A DNA stretch of 62,987 nt, the filler included, from Reticulomyxa filosa (lineage: Eukaryota > Protista > Foraminifera): assembly GCA_000512085.1 (NCBI GenBank). It is 24 parts of 24 records of this genome, joined end to end, with 100 filler letters (N's around TTAATTAATTAA, not from the genome) between each part and the next. Parts side by side here need not be neighbours in the genome. Positions count along the whole stretch, not along the records: positions 51,410 to 54,172 come from ASPP01004200.1; positions 54,273 to 55,475 come from ASPP01037259.1; positions 55,576 to 57,360 come from ASPP01002652.1; positions 57,461 to 58,603 come from ASPP01010538.1; positions 58,704 to 62,987 come from ASPP01005190.1; 19 more parts are not named here. One strand, given 5' to 3'. The notes beneath the pieces are model-generated. The model was not told the DNA's origin and searched no databases. It was given only the letters and a program-made list of their open reading frames with translations. A program made the translations under genes and the position numbers. Positions within the stretch are counted from its first letter, which is position 1. Every line of letters begins with the position of its first letter. Positions 52,145 to 62,987 of the stretch are shown here, piece by piece.

Positions 52145-53452
52145 ATGCCAGCACAACTATTATCGGTATGTTTCTTTTTCAATCTTTGGAAGTTGGCTAT
52201 CTTTTAGGTTTTTGTTTTTATGTAAGCCAGTCAGCAGAAGAAATTCAATTCATTATCCATCATTGGATTCGGAAATTAAAAATTAAATTAGGATGGATTT
52301 ATGATTTTGACAAACTTGTTGTGAATTATGTTATGTTTTACTTATTTTTGTTTTATTTAATTCAGTAATTGTCAAATATTTATTTATTGTCATAGACAGG
52401 CAAATACTTTCTTCATGTTCGATACATTTCGTTTATCATCAAAGTTAGTCAACAAATTTATTGGACACAACGATATTGTGTATAGTATCGATTTTCTAGG
52501 ATTTGGTGATAATCAATTTATTTGTTCTGGATCATATGATCAAACAATTCGTGTATGGAATGTTGAAACATGCAAACAAATTAAATCATTCAATCAGCAT
52601 TTAGGTTGGGCATATTGTGTAAAATTTTCACCATATCATTATTATAATCATCGTAAAAATGTCATTTGTTCTTCATCATCTAACAATACCATTAATTTTT
52701 GGGATTTCAAAAATAATAAACAATTGGATATATTTAGTGAACATATTGGGTGGGTTAGTGGAATTAAATTTTCGTCATTTAATTGTGGTAAATATTTATG
52801 TTCTGGATCTGCTGATAAAACAATTTGTTTATGGGATGTTGAAACATCTAAATTATTACATGTTTTTCATGGACATAAAGAAACTGTTTGGTGTATTGAC
52901 ATTTCGCCATTACAAAGTAATAAAAATTTTAATTTTGGCGCAATTGGTGGTAATGGATATACTATTTGTTCTGGGTCATTTGATAAAACAATTCGTTTAT
53001 GGGATATTGAAACAACTAAGCAATTAACTAGATTCAAAGGACATGATGGTTATGTGAGAAGTGTAAAATATGGATCAAATGGATTAATAAATACAGTATT
53101 ATCTGGATCAGAAGATAAGAGTATTCGTTTATGGGATATTCGATATAATAAACAAATTCAAGCATTTAATAGACATACAGATCAAGTTTGGGCTGTTCAA
53201 TATTCACCATTTATAATAAATAGTTTTGAAGTTAGTAATAATTCAAATGTGATATGTTCTGGATCAAGAGATGGTAAAATTCGATTTTGGGATATTCGAT
53301 CAAATAAAAATGAATTGTATGTAATTAAAGAAAATAATGGAATATTATGTCTTAAATTTCTACAATTAAAAAAAAACAGAAATAATAATAGTGAATATGG
53401 TGTTAATTTGTGTTATGGTACAAAAAAGGGTTCAATTCATATTTGGGGATAA
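52145..53452 (+). CDS. WD40-repeat protein, same family (exons 52145-52165, 52231-52329, 52400-53452)
   Basis: Exon 2 SAEEIQFIIHHWIRKLKIKLGWIYDFDKLVVNY; collinear with 3188-4597. Confidence 0.9.
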
Positions 53453-53551
53453 GTATTGTCTTTGAAATTAATAAAATAATCAATTTTTTTTTACAAGCTT
53501 TTTATTTTGTCAAACTTGTTTTCAAATTGTCAAAGTATTTTTGATGACCTT

Positions 53552-53761
53552 TCTGGATCATCAGATAATTCAATTAGTTTTTGGGACATTCGATCAAATA
53601 AAAAGAAGCTGTTTGTGATTAAAGGAGATAAAAAAGAAGATAAATTAATATCATGTCTTAAATTCATACAATTAAAAAAAAACTAAAGAAATGACTATCG
53701 TGATTGTGGTACTTATCTGTATTATGGATCACGTTATGGTCTTATTCGTGTTTGGAGATAA
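53552..53761 (+). pseudogene. Orphan WD40 C-terminal fragment
   Basis: SGSSDNSISFWDIRSNKKKLFVIKGDKKED...YYGSRYGLIRVWR*, with one in-frame stop. Confidence 0.8.
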
Positions 53762-54272
53762 TTTTTTTAGGTAAATATTTTCCCAAATAATTTAAAAAAA
53801 ATATTTCAAGTAAGCCCTAACCTTTTTTTTTTGTGGAAGATATATATGTTGAGAATCTATCGAATGCAGATACACGTGAAGAAACTTTGCTTTGTCATAA
53901 AGTATAAAAATTATCAGACTATAAAATGACTTCTCATTTGTAAATTATGTTTTACATGTTGTGTTCCTTGTTTGAAAGTAATTGAATATGGATTCAATGG
54001 CTTTTTGTGTGTTGTATTATTTGGTTTTTTTCCAAACAACACAGAAAGAGTTAGACCCCCATGCGTTTGATGAATGTCAAATTAATTTGTAGTATTGAAT
54101 ATAAACATTAAATTCCAATGATGATTTGTTTGGATTTCCAAGTAATGGTACGACATTGGATTTGAATATTAANNNNNNNNNNNNNNNNNNNNNNNNNNNN
54201 NNNNNNNNNNNNNNNNTTAATTAATTAANNNNNNNNNNNNNNNNNNNNNNNNNNNNNNNNNNNNNNNNNNNN

Positions 54273-55223
54273 TTGGGACATGATCATCCTGATGTTGCTA
54301 CTTCATATAACAATTTGGGAAATGTCTATGAAAGCAAAGGAGAATATGACAAAGCAGTTGGATATTATGAAAAATCATTGAAAATTGTATTGGATAAATT
54401 GGGACATGATCATCCTCGTGTTGCTGCTTTATACAACAATTTGGGGAATGTTTATGAAAGCAAAGGAGAATATGACAAAGCCATTGAATGTCATGAAAAA
54501 GATTTGAAAATTAGCTTGGATAAATTGGGATATGATCATCCTGGTGTTGCCACTTCATACAATAATTTGGGAAGTGTTTATAATTACAAAGGAGAATATG
54601 ATAAAGCCATTGAATATTATGAAAAATCATTGAAAATTAGATTGGATAAACTGGGGCATGATCATCCTCATGTTGCTATTTCATACAACAATTTGGGGAA
54701 TGTTTGTAATAACAAAAGAGAATATGATAAAGCAATTGAATATCATAAAAAATCATTGAAAATTAGATTGGATAAATTGGGATATGATCATCCTGATGTT
54801 GCCACTTCATACAATAATTTGGGGGATGTTTATAAAAGCAAAGGAGAATATGACAAAGCCATTGAATATTATGAAAAATCATTGAAAATTAGTTTGAATA
54901 AATTGGGACATGATCATCCTGATGTTGCTACTTCATACAACAATTTGGCATATATCTATTGTAATAAACAAGAATACGACAAAGCAATGGAATTTGGAAA
55001 GAAATCATTGAAATTGAGATTGAATAAATTGGATTCTGATCATCCAGATGTTGGTGATTCATATAGTATTTTAGGGGATATCAATTGTAAAAAAGGAAAC
55101 AAAAAGGAGGCAAGGGAGTGTTATGAAAAGGCATTATCGATTTATACTCAAAAATTTGGTAAAAATCATCAAAAAACAAAAGCAGTCAAATTAGACTTGA
55201 AAAATTTGAAAATTTATGTTTAA
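54273..55223 (+). CDS. 42-aa TPR (kinesin-light-chain-type) tandem repeat protein, 5' truncated
   Basis: 126-bp tandem units, consensus LGHDHPDVATSYNNLGxVYxxKGEYDKAIEYYEKSLKIxLDK; ~7.5 units. Confidence 0.93.
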   Translation: MGHDHPDVATSYNNLGNVYESKGEYDKAVGYYEKSLKIVLDKLGHDHPRVAALYNNLGNVYESKGEYDKAIECHEKDLKISLDKLGYDHPGVATSYNNLGSVYNYKGEYDKAIEYYEKSLKIRLDKLGHDHPHVAISYNNLGNVCNNKREYDKAIEYHKKSLKIRLDKLGYDHPDVATSYNNLGDVYKSKGEYDKAIEYYEKSLKISLNKLGHDHPDVATSYNNLAYIYCNKQEYDKAMEFGKKSLKLRLNKLDSDHPDVGDSYSILGDINCKKGNKKEARECYEKALSIYTQKFGKNHQKTKAVKLDLKNLKIYV

Positions 55224-56443
55224 ATTTAAATAAATATTGTGAGTGAGAAAACTTGAAATGAAATGTATTTTTTCATGTAAAAGATCCAAAAAATTTGGAA
55301 ATATTCCACTACGTTGTTTTATATAAATAATTTTGGTGAAAAATGAATTTTTTTTTATTTATTACTAACTCTTCTTAATATTGTCATCATTAAAATATTG
55401 TTTCAAATATCATTTGTTTTAGTAGCAAATATTTATTTTTTCATTATTATAAATATTTTCATTTTCTGCTGCTATNNNNNNNNNNNNNNNNNNNNNNNNN
55501 NNNNNNNNNNNNNNNNNNNTTAATTAATTAANNNNNNNNNNNNNNNNNNNNNNNNNNNNNNNNNNNNNNNNNNNNCAACCTACTGCATTTACGCTCTTCT
55601 TTCAATACTTCTCAATTACATCAACCATTTTATCATTATCACTATTTCATAATTGCATTAAACATAATAAGTTAATTCATCATTCAAATATTTGATAAAA
55701 ATATAATCCTTTAAGAAATTCATTATCTAAGACTAAACAAATTGACAATAAAATAAATAAATTGAATTATTTACTGTCAAAACTTATTTATCAATCTGCT
55801 CTGCAAAACGTAATCTCTTCAAAAATTTTTAAAAAATGAGCGGAGTAATTTTCTTCCATGGTTTTATGCTTTTCGATTTTATAATATGTATTGCTTTAAC
55901 ATCCAATGTTGAATTTTCAATGTTCATCTATTTATATTGACTTAATGTTTATTATTGAAAATAATATTGATTTGAATAAATTATATTTTTCATTATTGAT
56001 GTTTAATCTGTTGTATTTTAAAAAGTTATTGAAAATCTCACTTATCTGCTTTGTATAGAAATATTAATAAATTAGCATAAAATATTTTTAATTTTATACA
56101 AATAAAGATAATTAATATTTTTGATGACTAAAAACTATTTTTTTATAATGAATACACAACTGAATTTGATTGAAATATTCGTAATTATATTTTACATAAA
56201 ATAGTAAAGAGAGCATCTTACTCTTATGGATATACAAGAGTTTTTTTTTTTCAACTCCATTTTTTTTCTTTCTAGAAAAATCTACTTAAAAAAAAATAAG
56301 ATTATTCTTAAAAATATTTTCAAAAAAGAAATATATTTGTTTTTGTTTATGTAAAAAAAAAAAATTAAACTGAATATCTTTGCATGTATGGAATCCTTTT
56401 TACGTTGTTTAAAAAAAAAAGGAAAACCATCAACTAAATAAAC

Positions 56444-57360
56444 ATGTTACTGCTACATGAAGAAGAAACTAAAACCAAAAAATTAAACAATTTATCTCTT
56501 GAAGGATGTTATGACAAGAACTGGATCTCTTCTTCCAATAAACCAAGACTTTTGAGAAATCTTCAGTGTTTGTTATGCAAACAAATTGCAAACAATGCAA
56601 TGGAAATAATATGTAATGAACACGAAGATCACAAAGAAACAGTACTTATTGGAGAGAAATGTTTGAAACAATATTTAAATGAACATAATAATAAATGTCC
56701 AATTGGAAATCATGATCATTGTAATTATGTGAAAGGACAAACAGCAAGAAATTTTATTAGTGAATTAAAAGTAATTTGTCCTCGACAATTTGGAATTGAT
56801 TTGAATATAAAAACAAATATTGAAACAAAAGAAGGAGACACAAGTACAGAAATAGAAACAAAAAAACAATATTGTATATTTAAAGGAAAGATTGAAGAAG
56901 TGAAAAATCATTTACAAAATGAATGCTGTTTGAAACCTTTGGAATGCAAATTTAAAGAATTTGGTTGTGATGATATTTTATTTAATTTCAATTTTCAAAA
57001 ACACTTACAATTGAAAGGTAATCAACACTCGAATTTGTTATTAAATAATATTTCTATTCTTCAAAACAAAATTCAACAATATCAATCAAATGAAAATAAT
57101 ACACAAATATTAAAATCAAAAATTGAAGAACAAGAACAATATATCCAGTTATTAAATATACAAATTCAAAATCTTTTGCAAGAAAAGCAACAATGGAATG
57201 AAAAAGAAAAAAAAATGAAAAAATCTCAAAATTATTTTCAACAAGAATCACCCAAATATCATGCAGATTTTGAATTATTGAAAAATGATTTCAATCAATT
57301 AAAATTGGAAAATGATAAAATTAATATCATTACTCCTGAAATTAATTATGAGGAAATCAT
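56444..57360 (+). CDS. RING-like + TRAF-type zinc finger + coiled-coil protein, 3' truncated
   Basis: CLLCKQ...C.EH...CL...CPI..H; LKVICP...CIFKGKIEEVKNHLQNEC; CKFKEFGC...LQKH; Q/E/K heptads. Confidence 0.8.
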
Positions 57361-57554
57361 NNNNNNNNNNNNNNNNNNNNNNNNNNNNNNNNNNNNNNNN
57401 NNNNTTAATTAATTAANNNNNNNNNNNNNNNNNNNNNNNNNNNNNNNNNNNNNNNNNNNNAGTAATAATAATAAATATATATATTATATTTATTATTATT
57501 ACTTATTACTTATTTTGTTTTATTTATAAAGTTGATTAGACAAACTTGCAAGAC

Positions 57555-58447
57555 TTGCAACTTGGTATCTGGATGTAACGCGTGTTCTTGTTGCTGTACA
57601 AACCAGATTCGAAACAGTTGGCTTTGACACAGTACTTTCAAATACCTTAGGCCTTGCTCATCGTAAGTGTTACGCGATTCCTGCTTGTTCTGTCGTTTGA
57701 GCGACTTCTCTGCCCAGCGATCTTTAATGCGACCAAAGTTGCCATTGGACTCGTGTTCGAGCGAGTCTTTGTGATGGTTGGTGTCGGACGTGCCATTGGC
57801 CGTGGCGGTGGTGCTCATCGACGAGACCGAGTTAGCAGCAGCTTTGTAGATTTTGGTGCCCCAGGATTTGAGACCACCGATGTAGGAGCCTCCTGCACTC
57901 GACTTGCTCAGAGAGACAGACGTCATTGTCGGTGTCGACGGCGTCGATGACGACGATGAGACTGTCATTTTCACCTTTTGCGTCGTGTTGGCATGATCCA
58001 CCTCATCCGTGGTATGTCTTCCTTCCACATTGATTGAGTATTGAAGACTTTGACTCGCACTCATACTTTGACTAAATGATCGTCGACGATGGCTAGGATT
58101 GTCTCCATCCCCGTCGCCATCGCCGTCCATTGCATGTTGAGGACTGTCATTCTCGGTCACTATCACTGTTGTCAATTCATGTGTTTTCTGCTCGTTGTCA
58201 TTTTCTGCACGGATGACCGAACTCGCTTGAATCACAGTACTCGCGTCAATTGATTTGCTTAATGGATGTCCTGTCGCTATCATCTCATTCGCCATCTTCT
58301 GCTGCACTTCGTCCGGGGTCAAATGGAATGGTGGGATTGGTACATTTGGAGAATGACTGTGATAAAAGTGCTGCCAATCTCCAATAAATATCACAAAAAA
58401 TGCCAGAAACGCGTCAAAGAAGGCAAGATCATCCCATCCCTTGGCCA
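57555..58447 (-). CDS. DENN-domain protein exon (dDENN with long insert)
   Basis: FFDAFLAFFVIFIGDWQHF and YLKVLCQSQLFRIWF resemble the two halves of dDENN. Confidence 0.55.
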
Positions 58448-58557
58448 CTTCTTTTTTTTTTTTTTTTCCAAATAAGATGCGTAATGTACATTGAAAGTTT
58501 CATCACGATCGTGCGTCCACGTACACATATACCCACACAACAACAAAGAGAACATTT

Positions 58558-58593
<36 letters not shown>

Positions 58594-59917
58594 AAAAAAA
58601 AAANNNNNNNNNNNNNNNNNNNNNNNNNNNNNNNNNNNNNNNNNNNNTTAATTAATTAANNNNNNNNNNNNNNNNNNNNNNNNNNNNNNNNNNNNNNNNN
58701 NNNTTTTTGAAACGCAAAGAAATTCAATGTTAATCTATTTTGTTCAACAAAAAATTCAAAAAAAGAAAGTATGTTGGAAGAGTTAATTATAATATTGTTT
58801 TACTACTTCAAAAAAGAAAAGAGAGAAAGTGAGTTGTGTTTGTGGGAAATTCTTTTGCAATATTTTAATTTTTTAACTAACAAATGACAACATCAGTAAT
58901 TAGATTCAAAACAATCACTAATATTTTATGCGCCTTACATGCATTTACTTTTTTTGCAAAGAGGATAAAAATGCTTTAATGATTAACAGTTTGCCATTTT
59001 TTTACCCTTTTTGTATTGCTTAAATTAATAATTAACTATTCATCAAAAACAAATGGAAATGCGGACCAACAATTAAAAATAGAAATGACAAAATGACAAA
59101 AAAAAACATGTCCAAACAACTTCATACATTTAATCATTCTCTTATTTCACAAAGTAAAAATAAAATATGAAAATATATGTATATGCGTATATATAATACA
59201 TTTTGTTTCTAACAACAACAAAAGGAATTACATTGATTTTCTCTTCGTAAATAACAATAAAAGAAACTTGTTTTTCATAACAGCAAAGAATAAAAAGAAA
59301 GCATTCAAATATAAAAGTTGCTAACGGAGTTGGATGCAACGGCTCTGCAGCGGAGATTAGGGTTCGAGTCAATACACTCATTTGAACAACATATCGTTGC
59401 ACAATCTTCCTGCAAATTGCTGGTCAGTCACTGAATCACTAGTTGATGTAGATATTGTGGAATGTCGCTGAAAAGAACTGCATAAAGTGTAATACGAAAG
59501 ATTGATTAGCTCTACTGAGCAAACTTTCAACATTTTTAATAATTCTGATTTATTATAGATTGTGAAGTTTTCGATTAGATTTTTGTAATTATTATTCAGA
59601 AAAAAGTAAGTCAAAATTTGACATTGAGATTGCTTGACAGGAAAAAATAATAAGTCTCGTGGATTCAATGAAAAAAAGTGTGAACACACTCGGACATCGT
59701 TGGTGTTGGGCTGTGAAATCCGACATGTTTAGCTTTAAGGAGATTTAATTTGGTGGAGGGTTGATTTTCTCTCCTCCTCTTTCCATACAAAAAAAAAAGG
59801 TTGCATTCATTCTACTTATTGGGAGGTTCTTTTATTGTTTTTTTTTTCTTTCTCCCATCTCGGCAAAGGAAACAAAAATAGTAAGGCATTAAGAACCCTC
59901 GAAAGAACATTATTTAT

Positions 59918-61552
59918 TTAATCTCTGAACTCATCTTCCAAGCCATCGTCAACTATCGACCATTCCTTTTTAATGGATCCCTTGCAAAGATTCCAGATGA
60001 CGGACAGGAAAAAAACGGCGATAAAGACCCAAGAAAAGATGAAATAAATCAAGCCAAAGATGGGCATTCCAATTTGGATACCAGACAGAATGTAATACAC
60101 AGCAGTAGCCCTACAAGTGTCAACATTGCAGTCTTGATCACTGCTGCCATAGCTTGTGTAATGAGGAGCTAAAGTCATCATTAAATAGGTGAAAGACGCG
60201 GCGATGACAATAATGAATCCAACTCCCATTATCAAAGCATTTTGAAGAGTGCCATGAGGACGGAAGCGGAAAAGTTTGAAGCACAGCACCCTTACATCCA
60301 AAGCGACGACACCAGCGATAGTAGCAACAAACAGCCAGACGACGATAAGTGCAAATAAGATATAATCCAAAGGAAAGACTTTGGCGGCCTGACTCAGCAA
60401 AGTTTCGATGGGAATGGACCAGTTATACGTCTTCAGTTGAAATCCACAAGAATAGCCACAGTCACTGTTCAGCGCTTCGTCCAGCAAATGCATCATCATG
60501 CAAGCAATGACCAGACCTCCCCAAGCCAACAATCCCAAGCCCACAACATATCGAACGGGGGCAGATGCATTCCATAGCAATGCACAGCAAACATTTTCAC
60601 CACTATCTTGATCACCAGCATTTCTTGCTGCTGCTGCTCCTCCTCCTCCTCTTCCTCCTCTATCCCCGTAACTTCGCACTTTCGCGCGTCTTTCCAACTG
60701 GCGTTTATCTCGAAGGAGTTTTTGCTTCTTTTCTTGGTCAGGCTTCGACCACGAATCTTCTCTGCCGTAATACTTCGAGTCCAGGAATTCGATATCTCGA
60801 TTTACGTTTTTCAAATCTGTCTCGGCAGCGGAGCCCCCTTTTTTGTGACTTGCTTTTTGATTGCTACTATTATAAGTCACCGCCATGGTGCGCATAATGC
60901 TGATGGGGATGTATGCCAGTCCCCAGCTTGTGTAAATCATTGAAAAAAATAAGCCCACTGTCATCAAAATTGCCAAACAAAATGGCACGATTCGCGACGA
61001 ATGGCTTTTAAATGAATTCGTCACTGTGCTTCGCCATTGCGAATTTTCGTCGTTCGAATCCGAATTCGCATTATTGAAATTGATAAATGCTCCAATCACT
61101 ATTAACACTACAAATACTATCGTAAATCCAAACGTATACTTCAATGCATTGCACGCTCTTTGTGCAAATGTGCTGCCCCCTCCTTTTCGTCTGCCCGGTG
61201 ATCCTAGGTCATCTTCCTGTCCTTCTTCGAACATAAAGTACGCAAACGGCATCACCGTAAACACGAAGCACATCAACACAATATCGAAGCCATAGTACAC
61301 CCATTGCATCTTGTTGCGATTCGACGATGAGTCGTACTCACTCGTTGACGAGGCAAAGTACACGTCCACTGGAATTACTAGCAACGATAGAAATGCAAAT
61401 AGCAGCGCCGTCGAACATATAAACAATGTTAGTTTCCACGACTCGTTTGGCACACTTTTACTCTTAAAATACGACAAAAAGCCCCAAATCAGGCCAATCA
61501 AAATTAGCAATGCAATTGCAAACACAATCCATGCTATCCAAGTTGCCGCCAT
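59918..61552 (-). CDS. LMBR1-family membrane protein, LMBRD1-like (lysosomal cobalamin export escort)
   Basis: About 9 TMs; LVIPVDVYF, PFAYFMFEE, CNALKYT, YTSWGLAYIP, FPLDYI, APHYTSYG. Confidence 0.85.
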   Translation of the reverse strand: MAATWIAWIVFAIALLILIGLIWGFLSYFKSKSVPNESWKLTLFICSTALLFAFLSLLVIPVDVYFASSTSEYDSSSNRNKMQWVYYGFDIVLMCFVFTVMPFAYFMFEEGQEDDLGSPGRRKGGGSTFAQRACNALKYTFGFTIVFVVLIVIGAFINFNNANSDSNDENSQWRSTVTNSFKSHSSRIVPFCLAILMTVGLFFSMIYTSWGLAYIPISIMRTMAVTYNSSNQKASHKKGGSAAETDLKNVNRDIEFLDSKYYGREDSWSKPDQEKKQKLLRDKRQLERRAKVRSYGDRGGRGGGGAAAARNAGDQDSGENVCCALLWNASAPVRYVVGLGLLAWGGLVIACMMMHLLDEALNSDCGYSCGFQLKTYNWSIPIETLLSQAAKVFPLDYILFALIVVWLFVATIAGVVALDVRVLCFKLFRFRPHGTLQNALIMGVGFIIVIAASFTYLMMTLAPHYTSYGSSDQDCNVDTCRATAVYYILSGIQIGMPIFGLIYFIFSWVFIAVFFLSVIWNLCKGSIKKEWSIVDDGLEDEFRD

Positions 61553-61907
61553 TTTTTTTTTTACTTCAATTCTCAAATAAAATATTCTACTCTTTACTTT
61601 TTTCTAAAACCCCTTTACTCCAAAGTACTCTTGTTTTTTTTGGATTTCAGACAAAAAAGCTTTATTAAGAACAATTGTTTGTTTATAAGTGATTGTTGTC
61701 AATGTCTTTTTTTTGCTAAAATTGCAAGGAAAAATGATTAAGTAAATAAATACGAAGAATAATTTTGTCATCCGGCTTATAAAACTGTTAAATTACGTCT
61801 TGTTAATCCCATGCCCTTATTTCCCCTTCAATAAACAGATCAAATTTAGGTTTTTTGTATTATGTTGGAACCTGCCTTAAAAAAAACCGAGTTGTTTTGC
61901 ATTTTCT

Positions 61908-62664
61908 TTATTTGAACATTTCATGGCTCCATTTGCTATAAATTGCCATAAAACGGGCCAGAAAAGCCTCCAAATGCATAATAGGTTTTGCACCTTGTTT
62001 CATTCGGTGTTCCTGTGTATTCAACGAAAAATAATATATGCACAAACAAACAGTTTGGAGTGACAACACAATCCACTCCATTGTTTTTTTTATTAAAACA
62101 AAAATAAATAAAACAAACATGAAAAGCAGCCCATTTGACAATGTCATATCTTAAAGAGTCATCTACGGAAGACATTAAAGCGATAGTAAGTTTTTTGAAG
62201 ATGAGCTCAGGAGGGATGCAATTTCCAAGCAATTCATACAATTTGTTTCTTGCCAACATTAGACGTTGTGGAGATTGTTCTTCCGTCACACCACGAGCGA
62301 GTTCTTCAATGAACAGTTCCCAAGGAGTGCTTTTGATGGGCGTTTTGTCCACTAGATCATTACTAAAAAAAACAAAACATAAGCATTGCAAATTTGTTGT
62401 TGTTATTTTATTTTTTTTTTAAAAAAAGAGCTTCAATTGTGTTTCAAAACATCACCTTTCCATCGAAGCCACTTGCAACATTAAAAGAGCTTTTCGTAGA
62501 TTCCGTTCGCTCTTCAATGCGATTTGTCTGGCAAACGCGTCGGACAAGCTCACTCCTTCTTGACCCGCCACGTCATGTAATACAGTCACAATCTATTTAT
62601 TTATTAATTTTTTTTAAAAAAAAAACAAAAAATTGGCATTTTAAAAAAACTCATTTCCCTCTCC

Positions 62665-62696
<32 letters not shown>

Positions 62697-62987
62697 CAAA
62701 AACCTGGTCATGTGATGGTGCAGGCACTCGAACAGGTAAACAACGGCTACGCAAAGGTTCAATGAGTTTAGAAACACTTTCGCACTGCAAGATTAGCCGA
62801 CAATTTTTCATGTATTTTTCCATGGTCCTTCTTAGTCCATGTTGTGCATCTTTGCTTAGTTTGTCCACCTCATTCAACACGACCACTTTTTTGACAAACA
62901 TCAATTTTTTTTTTTAAAATCAAATAATAATTAAAAAAAGGGGTGTGCGTGTATGTGTGAACTTCCACATTCAATCATATATTTATT
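61908..62987 (-). CDS. RFC3: Replication factor C 38 kDa subunit (human RFC3 / yeast Rfc5), 3' exons
   Basis: VLNEVDKLSKDAQHGLRRTMEKY..CRLIL...IEPLRSRC; EEQSPQRL..RNKLYELL..CIPP; EHRMKQGAKPIMHLEAF. Confidence 0.93.

Noticed and set aside
55576-55960. HEAT-repeat-like pseudogene on the minus strand
   Set aside because: Only vague remnants in very AT-rich DNA.
4972-58703. Regularly recurring TTAATTAATTAA as a biological repeat or CRISPR-like array
   Set aside because: Always embedded in exactly 44+44 N; it is an artificial linker. Gene adjacency across it has no meaning.
1-62987. tRNA, rRNA or CRISPR arrays
   Set aside because: No cloverleaf, rRNA-conserved segment or repeat-spacer pattern was recognised by eye; a covariance-model scan was not possible.

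Overview
This window is not continuous DNA. It is 24 short contigs joined by 23 identical artificial 100-nt spacers (N44-TTAATTAATTAA-N44, stops in all six frames). Nearly all contigs come from a very AT-rich, intron-containing eukaryote. The expanded WD40, kelch-like, 42-aa TPR and TRAF-Zn families and homopolymer-rich introns resemble a foraminiferan such as Reticulomyxa (inferred from recall, not searched). Recognisable housekeeping genes: EMC7, HSP10/Cpn10, CTNNBL1, CPSF2, a divergent Dbf4-like gene, SHMT with a hidden presequence exon, LMBRD1-like, RFC3, NIPA, CD36-like, CAP-Gly and DENN proteins. One 1-kb GC-rich contig is bacterial (csoR-copA with an operator). Mobile DNA: a Tc1/mariner-type MITE family, a CRE/R2-type retroposon 3' end abutting a WD40 exon, and decayed LINEs. 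The most interesting signal is a multi-copy WD40 family with a constant ~34-aa N-terminal module on its own exon, a shared upstream motif, and variation concentrated at predicted binding-face residues. Together with variable TPR arrays and a TRAF-Zn protein, this suggests a diversified recognition/ubiquitination system (hypothesis).
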